32,924 bases of DNA from the NCBI GenBank assembly GCA_022703115.1, contig JAKLEK010000002.1, forward strand, positions 1-32,924, written 5' to 3'. Position 1 is the first letter of the stretch, and each line of letters starts with the position of its first letter. The DNA comes from Elusimicrobiota bacterium (GTDB lineage Bacteria > Elusimicrobiota > Elusimicrobia > Elusimicrobiales > UBA9959). The notes under the pieces are model-generated. The model had not been told where the DNA came from, did no database searches, and was given only the letters and a program-made list of their open reading frames with translations. This document shows positions 22,363 through 31,758 of this stretch, piece by piece. The translations under genes and the position numbers were made by a program.

Positions 22363-23610
22363 ATGATGATATACGTCCTTGCCGGCGTCATAGTCCTCCT
22401 TCTGGCCGTGGTCGGTTTTCTGCTGAGCAGGATCTACGCTTTTAAGCTGGACAACCCGGCCTCCGACAAGGGGGACCGGGACGCCTCCCTGCGGAACACC
22501 TGGAACAAGTTCGATGAACTGCTGACCAGCCTGCTCACCATCCATGAGATAGGCATAGTCAACGCCGGTTCCATAAAGAAGGAGGATTTCTTCCAGACCG
22601 TGGTGGAGAGCGCCTGCGACCTCATACACTCCCCCAGGGGCTCGCTCATGGTCCTGGACTCCGCGGCGAACGAGCTGAGGATCGTCGCGTCCAAGAACCT
22701 CTCCAAGGAGTTAATGGCGGGCCTCAGCATAAAGCCGGGGCAGGGGATCGCCGGCCGGGTGTTCGAGACCGGGGAGACTATCTTCGTTACGGACCCGGAA
22801 CATAACACGCAGTATAAGGATTTTATCGGATACGACGAACAGAAAGACCCTTTCATCGCCCTTCCGCTTAAGGTCAAGGAAAAGCCGTTCGGGGTGCTGA
22901 ACCTCCATCTGCCTAAAGATAAGGAGTCCTTCACCGATTACGACCTGAAATTCCTTACTCTGCTGGCCGGAGAGACCGCGATAACTCTGGAGAACATCAA
23001 GCTTTACGAAAGCATAGAGAACTTCTACCTGGAAATGGTGCAGACCCTGGCGCGCGTCATAGACGCGAAGGACGCCTATACCGGTGACCACGCCGGCCGG
23101 GCCCGTAAAAAGGCCCACGCCCTGGCCGAAGAACTGCACATGCCGGAGCAGATGACCAAGTATGTGGAGTACGCCGCCCTTCTGCACGATATAGGCAAGA
23201 TCGGGATCGACGGCAGCATCCTCTCCAAGCCGGGCCGCCTGACCGACGCCGAATACGCGGAGATAAAGAAACACCCCGCGATAGGCTACCAGATATTGTC
23301 GCCCATCCATTTCCTGGGCCCGGTCGCGCAGATGGTGCTTTACCACCAGGAGTGGTATAACGGCATGGGCTATCCGGAAGGCCTCAAGGGAGAGGAGATC
23401 CCCCTGGGCGCGAGGATCGTGGCCACCATCGACGCCTGGGACGCCATGATGAGCGACCGGCCTTACCGCAAGGCCCTTTCCCGCGAGATCGGGATCTCGG
23501 AGCTGACCAAAGGCGCCGGCAAACAGTTCGATCCCCAGGTCGTAGAGGCCTTCCTGAAACTGGAGAGCAGGGAATGGAAGGACGCCGGTCTGGCCGCCGG
23601 AGGGGAATGA
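22363..23610 (+). CDS. TM-GAF-HD-GYP domain protein (putative c-di-GMP phosphodiesterase)
   Basis: The 415-aa ORF has an N-terminal TM helix and a GAF-like region (RGSLMVLDSAANELRIVAS...GIAGRVFETGETIFV). The HD-GYP motifs are HAGRARKKA, LLHDIGKIGI and HHEWYNGMGYP. Confidence 0.85.
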   Translation: MMIYVLAGVIVLLLAVVGFLLSRIYAFKLDNPASDKGDRDASLRNTWNKFDELLTSLLTIHEIGIVNAGSIKKEDFFQTVVESACDLIHSPRGSLMVLDSAANELRIVASKNLSKELMAGLSIKPGQGIAGRVFETGETIFVTDPEHNTQYKDFIGYDEQKDPFIALPLKVKEKPFGVLNLHLPKDKESFTDYDLKFLTLLAGETAITLENIKLYESIENFYLEMVQTLARVIDAKDAYTGDHAGRARKKAHALAEELHMPEQMTKYVEYAALLHDIGKIGIDGSILSKPGRLTDAEYAEIKKHPAIGYQILSPIHFLGPVAQMVLYHQEWYNGMGYPEGLKGEEIPLGARIVATIDAWDAMMSDRPYRKALSREIGISELTKGAGKQFDPQVVEAFLKLESREWKDAGLAAGGE

Positions 23611-23649
23611 TCCCCGTTCCCGTGCCCCGGTCCCTTACCCCAGCCGAAA

Positions 23650-24813
23650 ATGCTTACCATAGTTCCCACCCCTCTGGGCAATCTTGAGGACGTGACGGTG
23701 CGGGCGCTCAGGGTCCTGCGCGGCTGCGACCTGGTGCTCTGCGAAGATACCCGCCGGACCGTCAAGCTGCTTAACAGATATTCCATCTCCAAGAAGCTGG
23801 CGCGCTATAACGAGCGCGACGAGCGTTCCGTCTCCGAGGCCGCCGCCCTGCTGAGGGCCGGAAAGAACCTGGCTCTGGTGTCCGACGGGGGCATGCCCTG
23901 CATCTCCGACCCCGGCTGGAGACTGGTGGCGCTGGCCCGGGCCGAGGGACTGCCTGTTTCGGTCCTGCCGGGCCCGTCGGCCGTGGTGACCGCCGCCGCC
24001 GGTTCCGGCCTGCCGGCCGATTCTTTCGTCTTCCTGGGCTTCCTGCCGCGCGCCCGCGGCAGGATCCTGAAGGCTCTCAAGCCGGCCCTGGAACTGGGCA
24101 GGACGGTCATCCTTTACGAGTCCCCTTTCAGGATAAACAGGTTCGCGGACCTCGTCTGCGCCGAGTTCGGGCGCGACACGCGCATGGCGCTGGCCAGGGA
24201 GCTGACCAAGGTATACGAGGAATGGCTCACCGGCACGGCCGGGGAGGTCAGGGACAGGCTGGCCGCCTCTGGGCCGGTAAAAGGGGAGCTGGTGGTTCTG
24301 CTCCGCTCGGCCTCGGCCCGCGACGACTCTTCCGGCCCCGAAGGCGAGGCCCGCCGTCCGGTGATGTTCGTCTGCGCCGGGAACACCTGCCGCAGCGTCA
24401 TGGCCATGTATTACGCCGCGAAGGCGGCTTCCGACCGGGGCCTCGACCGGGACTTTTCCTCCTGCGGCCTGGCCGCGGACCCGGCCGCTCCGCCGCCGGC
24501 GCAGGTGGCCGCGGTCCTTGAAAAGGAAGGCGTGCCTTTTTCCGGGCATTCGCCTGAAAGCCTGACCCGGGAGCTGGCGGAAGAGGCCTCTCTCATCCTG
24601 GTCATGACGCGTTCCCAGAAAGCCGCCGTGCTGGACCGGTTCCCGGCCGTTTTCGACAAGACCTTTACCCTCCTCGAGTACGCCGGACAGGGCGAAGGCG
24701 ACGTGCCTGACCCCTTCGGCGGGGACGAAGCCGTTTATGCGGCCGGTTTCCGCCGGATAAAGAAGGCCGTGGACGCCGTCCTGAACAAACTGGCGGAAAA
24801 AGAGCTAAAATAA
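23650..24813 (+). CDS. rsmI: Fusion of 16S rRNA (cytidine1402-2'-O)-methyltransferase RsmI and a low-molecular-weight phosphatase (YwlE-like)
   Basis: Residues 1-222 are RsmI-like ([36 protein letters not shown]...LYESPFR...KGELVVLL). From about nt 24361 comes an LMW-PTP domain with the P-loop [15 protein letters not shown] (Cys codon at 24373-24375) and the DP acid loop VPDPFGG. The two parts are in one frame with no stop codon between them. Confidence 0.85.
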   Translation: MLTIVPTPLGNLEDVTVRALRVLRGCDLVLCEDTRRTVKLLNRYSISKKLARYNERDERSVSEAAALLRAGKNLALVSDGGMPCISDPGWRLVALARAEGLPVSVLPGPSAVVTAAAGSGLPADSFVFLGFLPRARGRILKALKPALELGRTVILYESPFRINRFADLVCAEFGRDTRMALARELTKVYEEWLTGTAGEVRDRLAASGPVKGELVVLLRSASARDDSSGPEGEARRPVMFVCAGNTCRSVMAMYYAAKAASDRGLDRDFSSCGLAADPAAPPPAQVAAVLEKEGVPFSGHSPESLTRELAEEASLILVMTRSQKAAVLDRFPAVFDKTFTLLEYAGQGEGDVPDPFGGDEAVYAAGFRRIKKAVDAVLNKLAEKELK

Positions 24814-24884
24814 GATTATGCGGAAGGCGGAAACCTCCGCGGGTCCGGAGCGGCCGGCGTGCCGGCGTTCCAAGGAGCTGGCAA

Positions 24885-26135
24885 ATGTACGAAGAGATAC
24901 GCAGGAACGATCCGCAGCTTTATAAAGCCGTCAGGGGAGAGGTCCTCAGGCAGCAGAACAACCTGGAGCTCATAGCCTCCGAGAATTATACCTCTAAAGC
25001 GGTGCTGGAGGCCCTGGGCTCGGTCCTCACCAACAAATACGCCGAAGGTTACCCCGGCAAACGCTATTACGGCGGCTGCGAATACGTGGATGTGGCCGAG
25101 AAACTGGCGATCGACCGCGCCAAGAAGCTTTTCGGAGCTGAACACGCCAACGTCCAGCCGCATTCCGGCACCCAGGCCAATATAGCGGCCTATCTGTCCC
25201 TGATCGAGCCCGGCGACACCGTGATGGGGCTCAACCTTTCGCACGGCGGCCATCTTTCGCACGGCCATCCGCTCAACTTTTCCGGCCGCTACTTCAAGAT
25301 CGTCACGATGAACGTGCACAAGGACACCGAGCTCCTGGACTACGAAGAGGCCGAAAAGCTGGTGGAGAAGACCCGGCCCAAGCTCATCATGGCCGGAGCC
25401 TCCAATTACTCCCGCGTCTGGGACTGGAAGCGTCTCAAGAGGATGGCCGACAACTGGAAAGCCTTCCTGGTCACCGATATCGCTCATTACGCGGGGCTCA
25501 TAGCGGCCGGGGTCTATCCCTCGCCGGTGGAATACGCGGACGTGGTCACGACCACCACCCATAAGACCCTGCGCGGCCCCAGAGGCGGGCTTATCCTCTC
25601 TAAGGCCCCTTATGCCAGAGCCATAGACCGCACCAATTTCCCCGGAAACCAGGGAGGGCCGCTCATGCACGCGGTGGCCGCCAAGGCCGTATGCTTCAAG
25701 GAGGCCCTTTCCCCGTCCTTCAGGGAGTATCAGAAGCAGGTGGTCAGGAACGCCAGGAAACTGGCCCGGGAGCTGGCGGCCCGCGGCTACAGGATAGTGG
25801 CCGGAGGCACCGACTGCCATCTGATGAGCCTGGACCTGCGCGCCAAGAACATCACCGGCAAGGAGGCCGAGGCCGCCCTGGACAAGGCCGGCATCACCGT
25901 CAACAAGAACACAATTCCTTTCGACCCCCAGCCCCCCATGGTCACCAGCGGCATCAGGATAGGGACCCCGGCCGTGACGACCCGCGGCATGAAGGACAGG
26001 GATATGGCCGCCATAGCGGACTTCATAGACGACGCCGTGAAGCACAAAGGGGACGACAGGGCGCTGAAGGCCATAGCCGAAAAGGTCAGGGCCATGTGCG
26101 CCAGATTCCCGATGTACCCGGGGTTCGAGGCCTGA
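24885..26135 (+). CDS. glyA: Serine hydroxymethyltransferase
   Basis: The 416-aa ORF has [26 protein letters not shown] and the PLP-lysine region [14 protein letters not shown]. Confidence 0.97.
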   Translation: MYEEIRRNDPQLYKAVRGEVLRQQNNLELIASENYTSKAVLEALGSVLTNKYAEGYPGKRYYGGCEYVDVAEKLAIDRAKKLFGAEHANVQPHSGTQANIAAYLSLIEPGDTVMGLNLSHGGHLSHGHPLNFSGRYFKIVTMNVHKDTELLDYEEAEKLVEKTRPKLIMAGASNYSRVWDWKRLKRMADNWKAFLVTDIAHYAGLIAAGVYPSPVEYADVVTTTTHKTLRGPRGGLILSKAPYARAIDRTNFPGNQGGPLMHAVAAKAVCFKEALSPSFREYQKQVVRNARKLARELAARGYRIVAGGTDCHLMSLDLRAKNITGKEAEAALDKAGITVNKNTIPFDPQPPMVTSGIRIGTPAVTTRGMKDRDMAAIADFIDDAVKHKGDDRALKAIAEKVRAMCARFPMYPGFEA

Positions 26136-26283
26136 AATCGGAGGATTTAAGGTGTTTCCGGGCCCCTAATATTATAGAATCTATTATTATTGGAAGGTCC
26201 CGCAGTATAACGGCTTTACCGGGCCCGGCAGGCCCGGCGCCGTTCCGGGGCCTCCGGATATGATTCGGTTCTCGGGAGCTACG

Positions 26284-27144
26284 ATGACAAAGAAATCCGT
26301 GGCCGGTATAGCCGTTGTCGGCGGAAGCGGCCTTTACGCCATGAGCGAGCTCAAGGACGTAAAGGATATAAAAGTAAGGACGCCGTTCGGCGACCCTTCC
26401 GACAAGATCGTTCTGGGCCGTCTTTCCGGGGTGCCGGTGGCTTTTCTGCCCAGGCACGGCCGGCGGCACACTATTCTGCCCGGAGAGATAAACCAGCGCG
26501 CCAACATGTGGGCGCTGAAGTCTCTGGGGGTGCGCACCGTCATCTCGGCCAGCGCGGTCGGCTCTCTCCGGTCCGAGCTTGCTCCCACCCATTTTGTTTT
26601 CCCCGACCAGTTCGTAGACGAGACCAGGGGGAGGGTTTCCACCTTCTTCGGGGCGGGAATTGTGGGGCATGTGCCTATGGCCGAACCCTTCTGTTCCTCC
26701 CTTTCCCGCCTTATGTACAAGGCGGCGCTGAAGCTCGGCATCCGCTCCCATCTGGGCGGGACCTACGTCTGCATGGAGGGACCCGGCTTCTCCACCAGGG
26801 CCGAATCCTTCTATCACAGGAAGATGGGCTACTCCATCATCGGGATGACGGTGGCCACCGAAGCCAAGCTTGCCCGTGAGGCGGGCTTCCACTATGTGCC
26901 GGTATCGCTGGTCACCGACTACGACTGCTGGAAGGAAGGAGAAGAGGTGGACCAGGAAAAGGTGGTCGGCATACTGCACAAGAACATAGAGAATATCCGC
27001 CGGCTGCTGGTGAAGGTCATCCCCGCGGCCGCCGCCGCCGGCTGCTCCACTAACTGCGCCGGACTGATAAAGAACTCGGTGTTCACGCGCAGGGAGCATT
27101 TCCCGCCCAAGCTTTATAAAGCGCTAAAACCGCTTATAGGGTGA
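26284..27144 (+). CDS. mtnP: S-methyl-5'-thioadenosine phosphorylase
   Basis: IAVVGGSGLY...FLPRHGRRHTILPGEINQRANMWALKSLGVRTVISASAVGSL...GPGFSTRAES...MTVATEAKLAREAG. I prefer the ATG at 26284 (GGGAG RBS) over the ATG at 26260. Confidence 0.88.
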   Translation: MTKKSVAGIAVVGGSGLYAMSELKDVKDIKVRTPFGDPSDKIVLGRLSGVPVAFLPRHGRRHTILPGEINQRANMWALKSLGVRTVISASAVGSLRSELAPTHFVFPDQFVDETRGRVSTFFGAGIVGHVPMAEPFCSSLSRLMYKAALKLGIRSHLGGTYVCMEGPGFSTRAESFYHRKMGYSIIGMTVATEAKLAREAGFHYVPVSLVTDYDCWKEGEEVDQEKVVGILHKNIENIRRLLVKVIPAAAAAGCSTNCAGLIKNSVFTRREHFPPKLYKALKPLIG

Positions 27145-27148
27145 ACTT

Positions 27149-27604
27149 ATGAGCAAAAAGACCAGAAAACACAGGCCCGGCCGGACGAACAGGTTCAGCC
27201 CCGTCCATAAGAAGCTCATAGAGACGGCCAAGAAAGCGCAGAAACACTCCTATTCCCCCTATTCCCGCTACCCGGTCGGGGCGGCGGTCCTCATGGAGTC
27301 TGGCCGCATCTACTCCGGCTGCAACGTGGAGAACGCCTCGTTCGGCCTGGCCTGCTGCGCGGAGAGGGTGGCCATATTCAACGCGCTCAGCCACGGCGAA
27401 AAGAAGGTGCGGGCCGTGTGCGTGGTCGCCAAATCCGCCAAGCCCTGCGGGGCCTGCCGGCAGGTGATAATGGAATTCGCCCTGAAGAACGCGGACGCCA
27501 TCTTCGTTAACTGGCAGCCGCTGGAGAAAAAGGAGAAGGTAACGCAGGTGAAGGTCTCCCGGCTCCTGCCGATGCCCTTCGATCCGTCCGAAGCCGGCCT
27601 GTGA
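27149..27604 (+). CDS. cdd: Cytidine deaminase (small homotetrameric type) with a basic N-terminal extension
   Basis: The zinc motifs are CAERVAIFNA and PCGACRQVIMEF, preceded by SPYSRYPVGAAVL...GCNVENAS. Confidence 0.88.
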   Translation: MSKKTRKHRPGRTNRFSPVHKKLIETAKKAQKHSYSPYSRYPVGAAVLMESGRIYSGCNVENASFGLACCAERVAIFNALSHGEKKVRAVCVVAKSAKPCGACRQVIMEFALKNADAIFVNWQPLEKKEKVTQVKVSRLLPMPFDPSEAGL

Positions 27605-27687
27605 AAAAGCCCGGCGACGACAGCCAGGATTAGGGAAGGGAAAACAACCGTTTTTTGGGTGTTCCCGGGGATTTGCAGTAGCAGCGG

Positions 27688-27725
27688 CTGGAGGGGCGGC
27701 AGGACCCCGAACCCAGGGTCAGGGC
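27688..27725 (+). repeat. Short fragment related to the 5' and 3' ends of the structured-RNA family (copy C, minimal)
   Basis: CTGGAGGGGCGG is followed by CAGGACCCCGAACCC (27700-27714), which is identical over 15 nt to 13856-13870. GTCAGGGC (27718-27725) is identical to 13878-13885. The fragment lies 46 nt upstream of the accB ATG. Confidence 0.45.
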
Positions 27726-27770
27726 ACAATAGTCCGGGCCATAAACGGGGGACGCGACAGTGGAGGTTCA

Positions 27771-28148
27771 ATGGACGTCAAGACGCTCAGCAAGATAACC
27801 AAATGGATGGAATCGACCGACCTGGAAGAGGTCACCTGGAAGAACGGCGGTGACAAGATCAGCCTCAAGGTCAACAACACCCCGGAACCGCACAGCAAGT
27901 TCTCCTCCTCCGTGGTGACCGTATCCGCTCCGTCCATAGGCGTATTCCGTTTTGCGAGGCCCGGCAAGGCCAATGCCGTCAAACAGGGCATGACCGTAAA
28001 GAAAGGCGCCGAGCTCGGCGTCGTAGAGGCCGCGAAGGAATTCAAGCCGGTCTCCGCCCCCGTCGACGGCAACCTGAAGATCGTTTCCGTCGAAGACGGG
28101 CAGACCGTGGAATACGGCCAGCCCCTGTTCTTCATAGAGCCGAGGTAG
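27771..28148 (+). CDS. accB: Biotin carboxyl carrier protein-like (AccB) with an atypical biotinylation motif
   Basis: The 125-aa ORF aligns by eye to the E. coli BCCP C-terminal domain (SPMVGTFY... / SAPSIGVFRF...; ...GQPVEFDEPLVVIE / GQTVEYGQPLFFIE). The motif around the target Lys is VVEAAKEFK instead of EAMKMM. A GGAGG RBS is present and accC follows. Confidence 0.8.
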   Translation: MDVKTLSKITKWMESTDLEEVTWKNGGDKISLKVNNTPEPHSKFSSSVVTVSAPSIGVFRFARPGKANAVKQGMTVKKGAELGVVEAAKEFKPVSAPVDGNLKIVSVEDGQTVEYGQPLFFIEPR

Positions 28149-28225
28149 TCCCCGTCCGCGCCACGGCCCCCGGGCCGGAGGCAGCGGACCTTTCCGCCGG
28201 AACCCCTTTATCCGGCGCGGCCGCC

Positions 28226-28245
28226 GCCCGCGGTATACCGCGGGC
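28226..28245. promoter_or_regulatory. Perfect 20-bp palindrome in the accB-accC spacer
   Basis: GCCCGCGGTATACCGCGGGC is a perfect palindrome. It is flanked by an 11-nt direct repeat GTCCGCGCCAC at 28154-28164 and 28249-28259. Confidence 0.4.
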
Positions 28246-28275
28246 CAGGTCCGCGCCACATGGAGGTCTACGATA

Positions 28276-29631
28276 ATGTTCAAGAAGATCCTGGTGGCTA
28301 ATCGCGGGGAAATAGCGATAAGGGTCATGCGCACCCTTCGCGAAATGGGCATAAGGTCCGTGGCCGTCTATTCCGAGGCAGACCGCTCCTGCCTGCACGT
28401 CAGGGAGGCCGACGAGGCCGTCTGCATCGGTCCGGCGGTCGCCCGGGAAAGCTATCTGCATATCCCGGCCGTGATCTCCGCCGCCAAGGTCACCGGCGCC
28501 GAAGCCATCCATCCCGGCTACGGGTTCCTTTCCGAGAATCCGGCTTTCTCCGCCGCCTGCGAAAGCAACGGCATAGTATTCATCGGCCCTTCACCCAGGG
28601 CCATAGACATGCTGGGCCACAAGGCCAGCGCCAGGAAGATAGCCATGAAGGGCGGCATACCCGTCACCCCGGGCACGAAGAACTGCGTTACCCGGGACTG
28701 CCTCAAAGAAGCGGAGAAAATAGGCTTCCCCATCATGATAAAGGCCGCCGCCGGCGGCGGCGGAAAGGGTATAAGGATAGTGCGGGAAAAGTCCGCTCTG
28801 GCCCATGAGTTCGAGATGGCTTCCTCCGAGGCCAAGTCCGCCTTCAACAACGGGGACGTATACTTCGAAAAATACATCGAAGGCCCGCGCCATATAGAGG
28901 TGCAGTTCGCCCGGGACTCCCGCGGGAACGCGGTCGCTTTCCCGGAGAGGGACTGCTCCATCCAGCGCCGCCATCAGAAACTGCTGGAAGAGTCCCCCTC
29001 TCCCGCCGTCAACCAGAAGCTTCGCGAGCGCCTGGAGGAAGCGGCGGTGCGCCTGGCCGATACCGCCGAATACGTCGGCGTCGGCACGGTCGAGTTCCTG
29101 ATGGACAAGGAAAGGAACTTCTACTTCATGGAAGTCAACACCCGGCTGCAGGTCGAACATCCCGTCACCGAGGCCATAACCAGGACCGACCTTGTCAGGG
29201 AACAGGTGCTGATAGCCGCCGGCGAGAAGCTGAGCCTGTCCCGGAACCGGGCGTCCTCTTTCGACGGTCACGCTATAGAGCACCGCATCAACGCCGAGGA
29301 CTTTACCAGGAATTTCGCCCCGTCGCTGGGGCGCGTGGAGGAATGGGTGGTGCCCGGCGGGCCCGGCATCAGGCTGGACACGCACATGTACCAGGGCTAT
29401 AAACTCCCGCTCTACTACGACAGCATGCTGGCTAAACTCGTCGTCTGGGGCCCGGACCGCGCGGCCGCGATAGCCCGCTCCCGGCGCGCCCTGGGAGAGT
29501 TCAGGGTCGGCGGCCTGTCCACCACCATAGACGTGCACCGCCTCATAGTGGATTCCCCGGAGTTCAACGCGGGGGATGTGGACACCGGCTTCATGGAAAA
29601 GCTGCTGGCCCCGGCCGCGGTCAAGGCATGA
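28276..29631 (+). CDS. accC: Biotin carboxylase
   Basis: The 451-aa ORF has MFKKILVANRGEIAIRVMRT, the ATP-grasp motif MIKAAAGGGGKGIRIV, and EMNTRLQVEHPVTE (here EVNTRLQVEHPVTE). Confidence 0.97.
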   Translation: MFKKILVANRGEIAIRVMRTLREMGIRSVAVYSEADRSCLHVREADEAVCIGPAVARESYLHIPAVISAAKVTGAEAIHPGYGFLSENPAFSAACESNGIVFIGPSPRAIDMLGHKASARKIAMKGGIPVTPGTKNCVTRDCLKEAEKIGFPIMIKAAAGGGGKGIRIVREKSALAHEFEMASSEAKSAFNNGDVYFEKYIEGPRHIEVQFARDSRGNAVAFPERDCSIQRRHQKLLEESPSPAVNQKLRERLEEAAVRLADTAEYVGVGTVEFLMDKERNFYFMEVNTRLQVEHPVTEAITRTDLVREQVLIAAGEKLSLSRNRASSFDGHAIEHRINAEDFTRNFAPSLGRVEEWVVPGGPGIRLDTHMYQGYKLPLYYDSMLAKLVVWGPDRAAAIARSRRALGEFRVGGLSTTIDVHRLIVDSPEFNAGDVDTGFMEKLLAPAAVKA

Positions 29632-30101
29632 ACACAGCGGCCAAGATCATGTCCCTCGATAAGGCCCGGGCTTTCCGCCGGGCCGCGGCGAGGACCGGCC
29701 GGAAAACGGTTTTCACGAACGGCTGCTTCGATATAATCCATGCCGGGCACGCCCTCCTGCTCGAAAAGGCCAGGTCCCTGGGCGGAACCCTGATCGTGGG
29801 GCTGAATTCAGATTCTTCCGTTCGCCGGCTGAAGGGGCCCGCGCGTCCCGTAAACTGCCAGGGCGACAGGGCCAGGGTCCTGGCCGCCCTCGCCTCCGTG
29901 GACGCCGTCGTGGTCTTTTCCGAGGATACTCCGCTGGCCCTGATAAAGGCCCTTAGGCCTGACGTGCTGGTCAAAGGGGCCGACTACGCGGGCGCCGAGA
30001 TAGTGGGCCGGGAGTTCGCCGGCCGGACCGTCCGGGTCGGGCTTCTCAAGGGGCGCTCCACCACCGGCCTTATAAAAAAGATGTCGTCCCGCGCCCGCTG
30101 A
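29628..30101 (+). CDS. D-glycero-beta-D-manno-heptose 1-phosphate adenylyltransferase (RfaE domain II type)
   Basis: The 157-aa ORF has VFTNGCFDIIHAGHALLLEKARSLGGTLIVGLNSDSSVRRLKGPARPVN...VVFSEDTP...PDVLVKGADY...GRSTTGLIKK. Its start forms an ATGA overlap with accC. Confidence 0.85.
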   Translation: MNTAAKIMSLDKARAFRRAAARTGRKTVFTNGCFDIIHAGHALLLEKARSLGGTLIVGLNSDSSVRRLKGPARPVNCQGDRARVLAALASVDAVVVFSEDTPLALIKALRPDVLVKGADYAGAEIVGREFAGRTVRVGLLKGRSTTGLIKKMSSRAR

Positions 30102-30115
30102 ACCGGGCCTTCCCT

Positions 30116-31741
30116 TTAATTTCCCTTCGATCTTCCGTCGTTCAGCCTTTTTTCAAGCGCCCCGGCCAGCGCCCGGGCCGGAGCGTATGTCCCGTTGAGC
30201 CGCAGGCTGCGCTCCAGGTACCCGGCGGCCCCGGAGAGATCCCTCCTCAGGAAACGCGCCATGGCCAGGTTGTAGAAGGCCAGATGATTGCCGGGGTCCA
30301 GTTCGGCCGCCAGACTGAAGAGCGGTTCAGCCCCGTCCAGATCGTTCGCCGCCGCGCGCAGGGTCCCGAGTTCGTTGCGGACTATGGAGCGCTGTCTGTC
30401 GTCCGAAGCCGCGCCCAGAGCCCCCTCCAGCGCCGTATAAGAGCCGCGCCGGTCCCCCGCCGCGCGCAAAGCGTCGGCGAGGCGCAGCAGGCTAAGGAAG
30501 TTGCCGGGGTTCCTGGCGGAGTCGTAGCTCCAAAGCGACACGTCGTCCCGCCATACCTTTAGCCGGTCCTGTATGTTCACTGCGTAGAGCAGAAAAAGGC
30601 CCCCCGCCGCCGCCATGACCGCGCTGCGGGTCCTCGTCCCGTCCCCTATCCCGCGCGCGGCCGCCGCGAAGACGATGCCCAGGCCCGCGAGCGGCAGGTA
30701 CAGGAGGCGTTCCGCCGCGTAGACCGCTATGGAGATTATGTTCAGTACGGGCAGAAGCGCGGCCAGAGCCCAGAGAAGACCCCAGGCCGCCGCTTTTTGC
30801 CCCCGTACGCGCAGGAAGACGGTCAGCCCGGCGTAACCCAGGGCCAGGGCGCCGGCGGCAGGCAGAAAGGCCGCCAGAGCGCCCAGGCGCGCGTTGATGG
30901 CGTCAGTGTAGGTGACCATCATGGAAAAGGGGAAAAGAACGATCTCGGCGTATTTCGCGAAAAGCAGGAACGGAACCGCGGCCAGCGAGGAGAAAGGCAT
31001 GTCCGGGGGCGCGGCCTGCTGGAGCCGGCCGAGCATCGCGAACCGCAGCAGCACGAACAGCGCGGCCGGCAGGGCCAGATAAAGCCCTATATCCTTCAGA
31101 TAGCTCCTGAGCGGCCTTCCACAGGCAAAGACATAGGCGAGGGCGATCAGCGGTACGGCCGCCGCCGTCTCCCGCGTGAAAAGGCCGGCCGCGGCGGCCA
31201 GGGCGGACGGCAGCATGTACCTCCGGTCGCCGGTTTCCACCCTTTTTACGAAAAAGACGGCGGAACAGAGGATGAAGGCCGTGGAAAGGACCGAAGACCG
31301 GCCGGAGATCCATACGAACGATTCGACGTTAGTGGGGAACAGCGCGAAGAACGCCCCCGCGAGCGCGGCGTACGGGCCGGAAAACCCCAGGAGAGCGCAG
31401 AGCCGAATCAGCAGCAGCACGTTGCAGCAGTGCAGAAGCAGATTGACCGTCCGGTGGAAAGCCGGGCTCGTCCCGGCTACCGCGTGGTCCAGCGCGAAAG
31501 ACAGCGTGGTGAGGGGCCGGTATATATCCGTGTTCAGTCCCGGATGGTCGGACTGCGTGGACGGGTCGGAGAAGAAGGAGAGAACGTTGGAGAGGGACCG
31601 TATGGACCGGTTGTTCTCTACGAAATGGTGATCGTCGAAGACGAACCCGCCGCTCAGCGAGCGGCCGTACACGACGAAGACGAGGGACAGTACGGCCGCG
31701 GAGACCCAGAGCGGTCTCAGACGTGGCAGGATCTTCTCCAT
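30116..31741 (-). CDS. Polytopic membrane protein with C-terminal TPR repeats (TMTC / DUF1736-like putative glycosyltransferase)
   Basis: The 541-aa ORF has an N-terminal loop FVFDDHHFVENN, about 10 TM helices, and C-terminal TPR-like repeats (NHLAFYNLAMARFLRRDLSGAAGYLERSLRLN). Confidence 0.65.
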   Translation of the reverse strand: MEKILPRLRPLWVSAAVLSLVFVVYGRSLSGGFVFDDHHFVENNRSIRSLSNVLSFFSDPSTQSDHPGLNTDIYRPLTTLSFALDHAVAGTSPAFHRTVNLLLHCCNVLLLIRLCALLGFSGPYAALAGAFFALFPTNVESFVWISGRSSVLSTAFILCSAVFFVKRVETGDRRYMLPSALAAAAGLFTRETAAAVPLIALAYVFACGRPLRSYLKDIGLYLALPAALFVLLRFAMLGRLQQAAPPDMPFSSLAAVPFLLFAKYAEIVLFPFSMMVTYTDAINARLGALAAFLPAAGALALGYAGLTVFLRVRGQKAAAWGLLWALAALLPVLNIISIAVYAAERLLYLPLAGLGIVFAAAARGIGDGTRTRSAVMAAAGGLFLLYAVNIQDRLKVWRDDVSLWSYDSARNPGNFLSLLRLADALRAAGDRRGSYTALEGALGAASDDRQRSIVRNELGTLRAAANDLDGAEPLFSLAAELDPGNHLAFYNLAMARFLRRDLSGAAGYLERSLRLNGTYAPARALAGALEKRLNDGRSKGN

Positions 31742-31758
31742 TTACGCGTTTCCGGACG

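Noticed and set aside
24816-26045. A 409-aa minus-strand ORF antisense to glyA. Similar long antisense ORFs occur at 28591-29538 (opposite accC), 30797-31840 (opposite the TPR membrane protein), 23635-24549, 8078-8944, 14599-15219 and 22711-23346.
   Set aside because: All lie opposite genes with clear family motifs, and all have the biased composition expected from the complementary strand of GC3-rich coding sequence.
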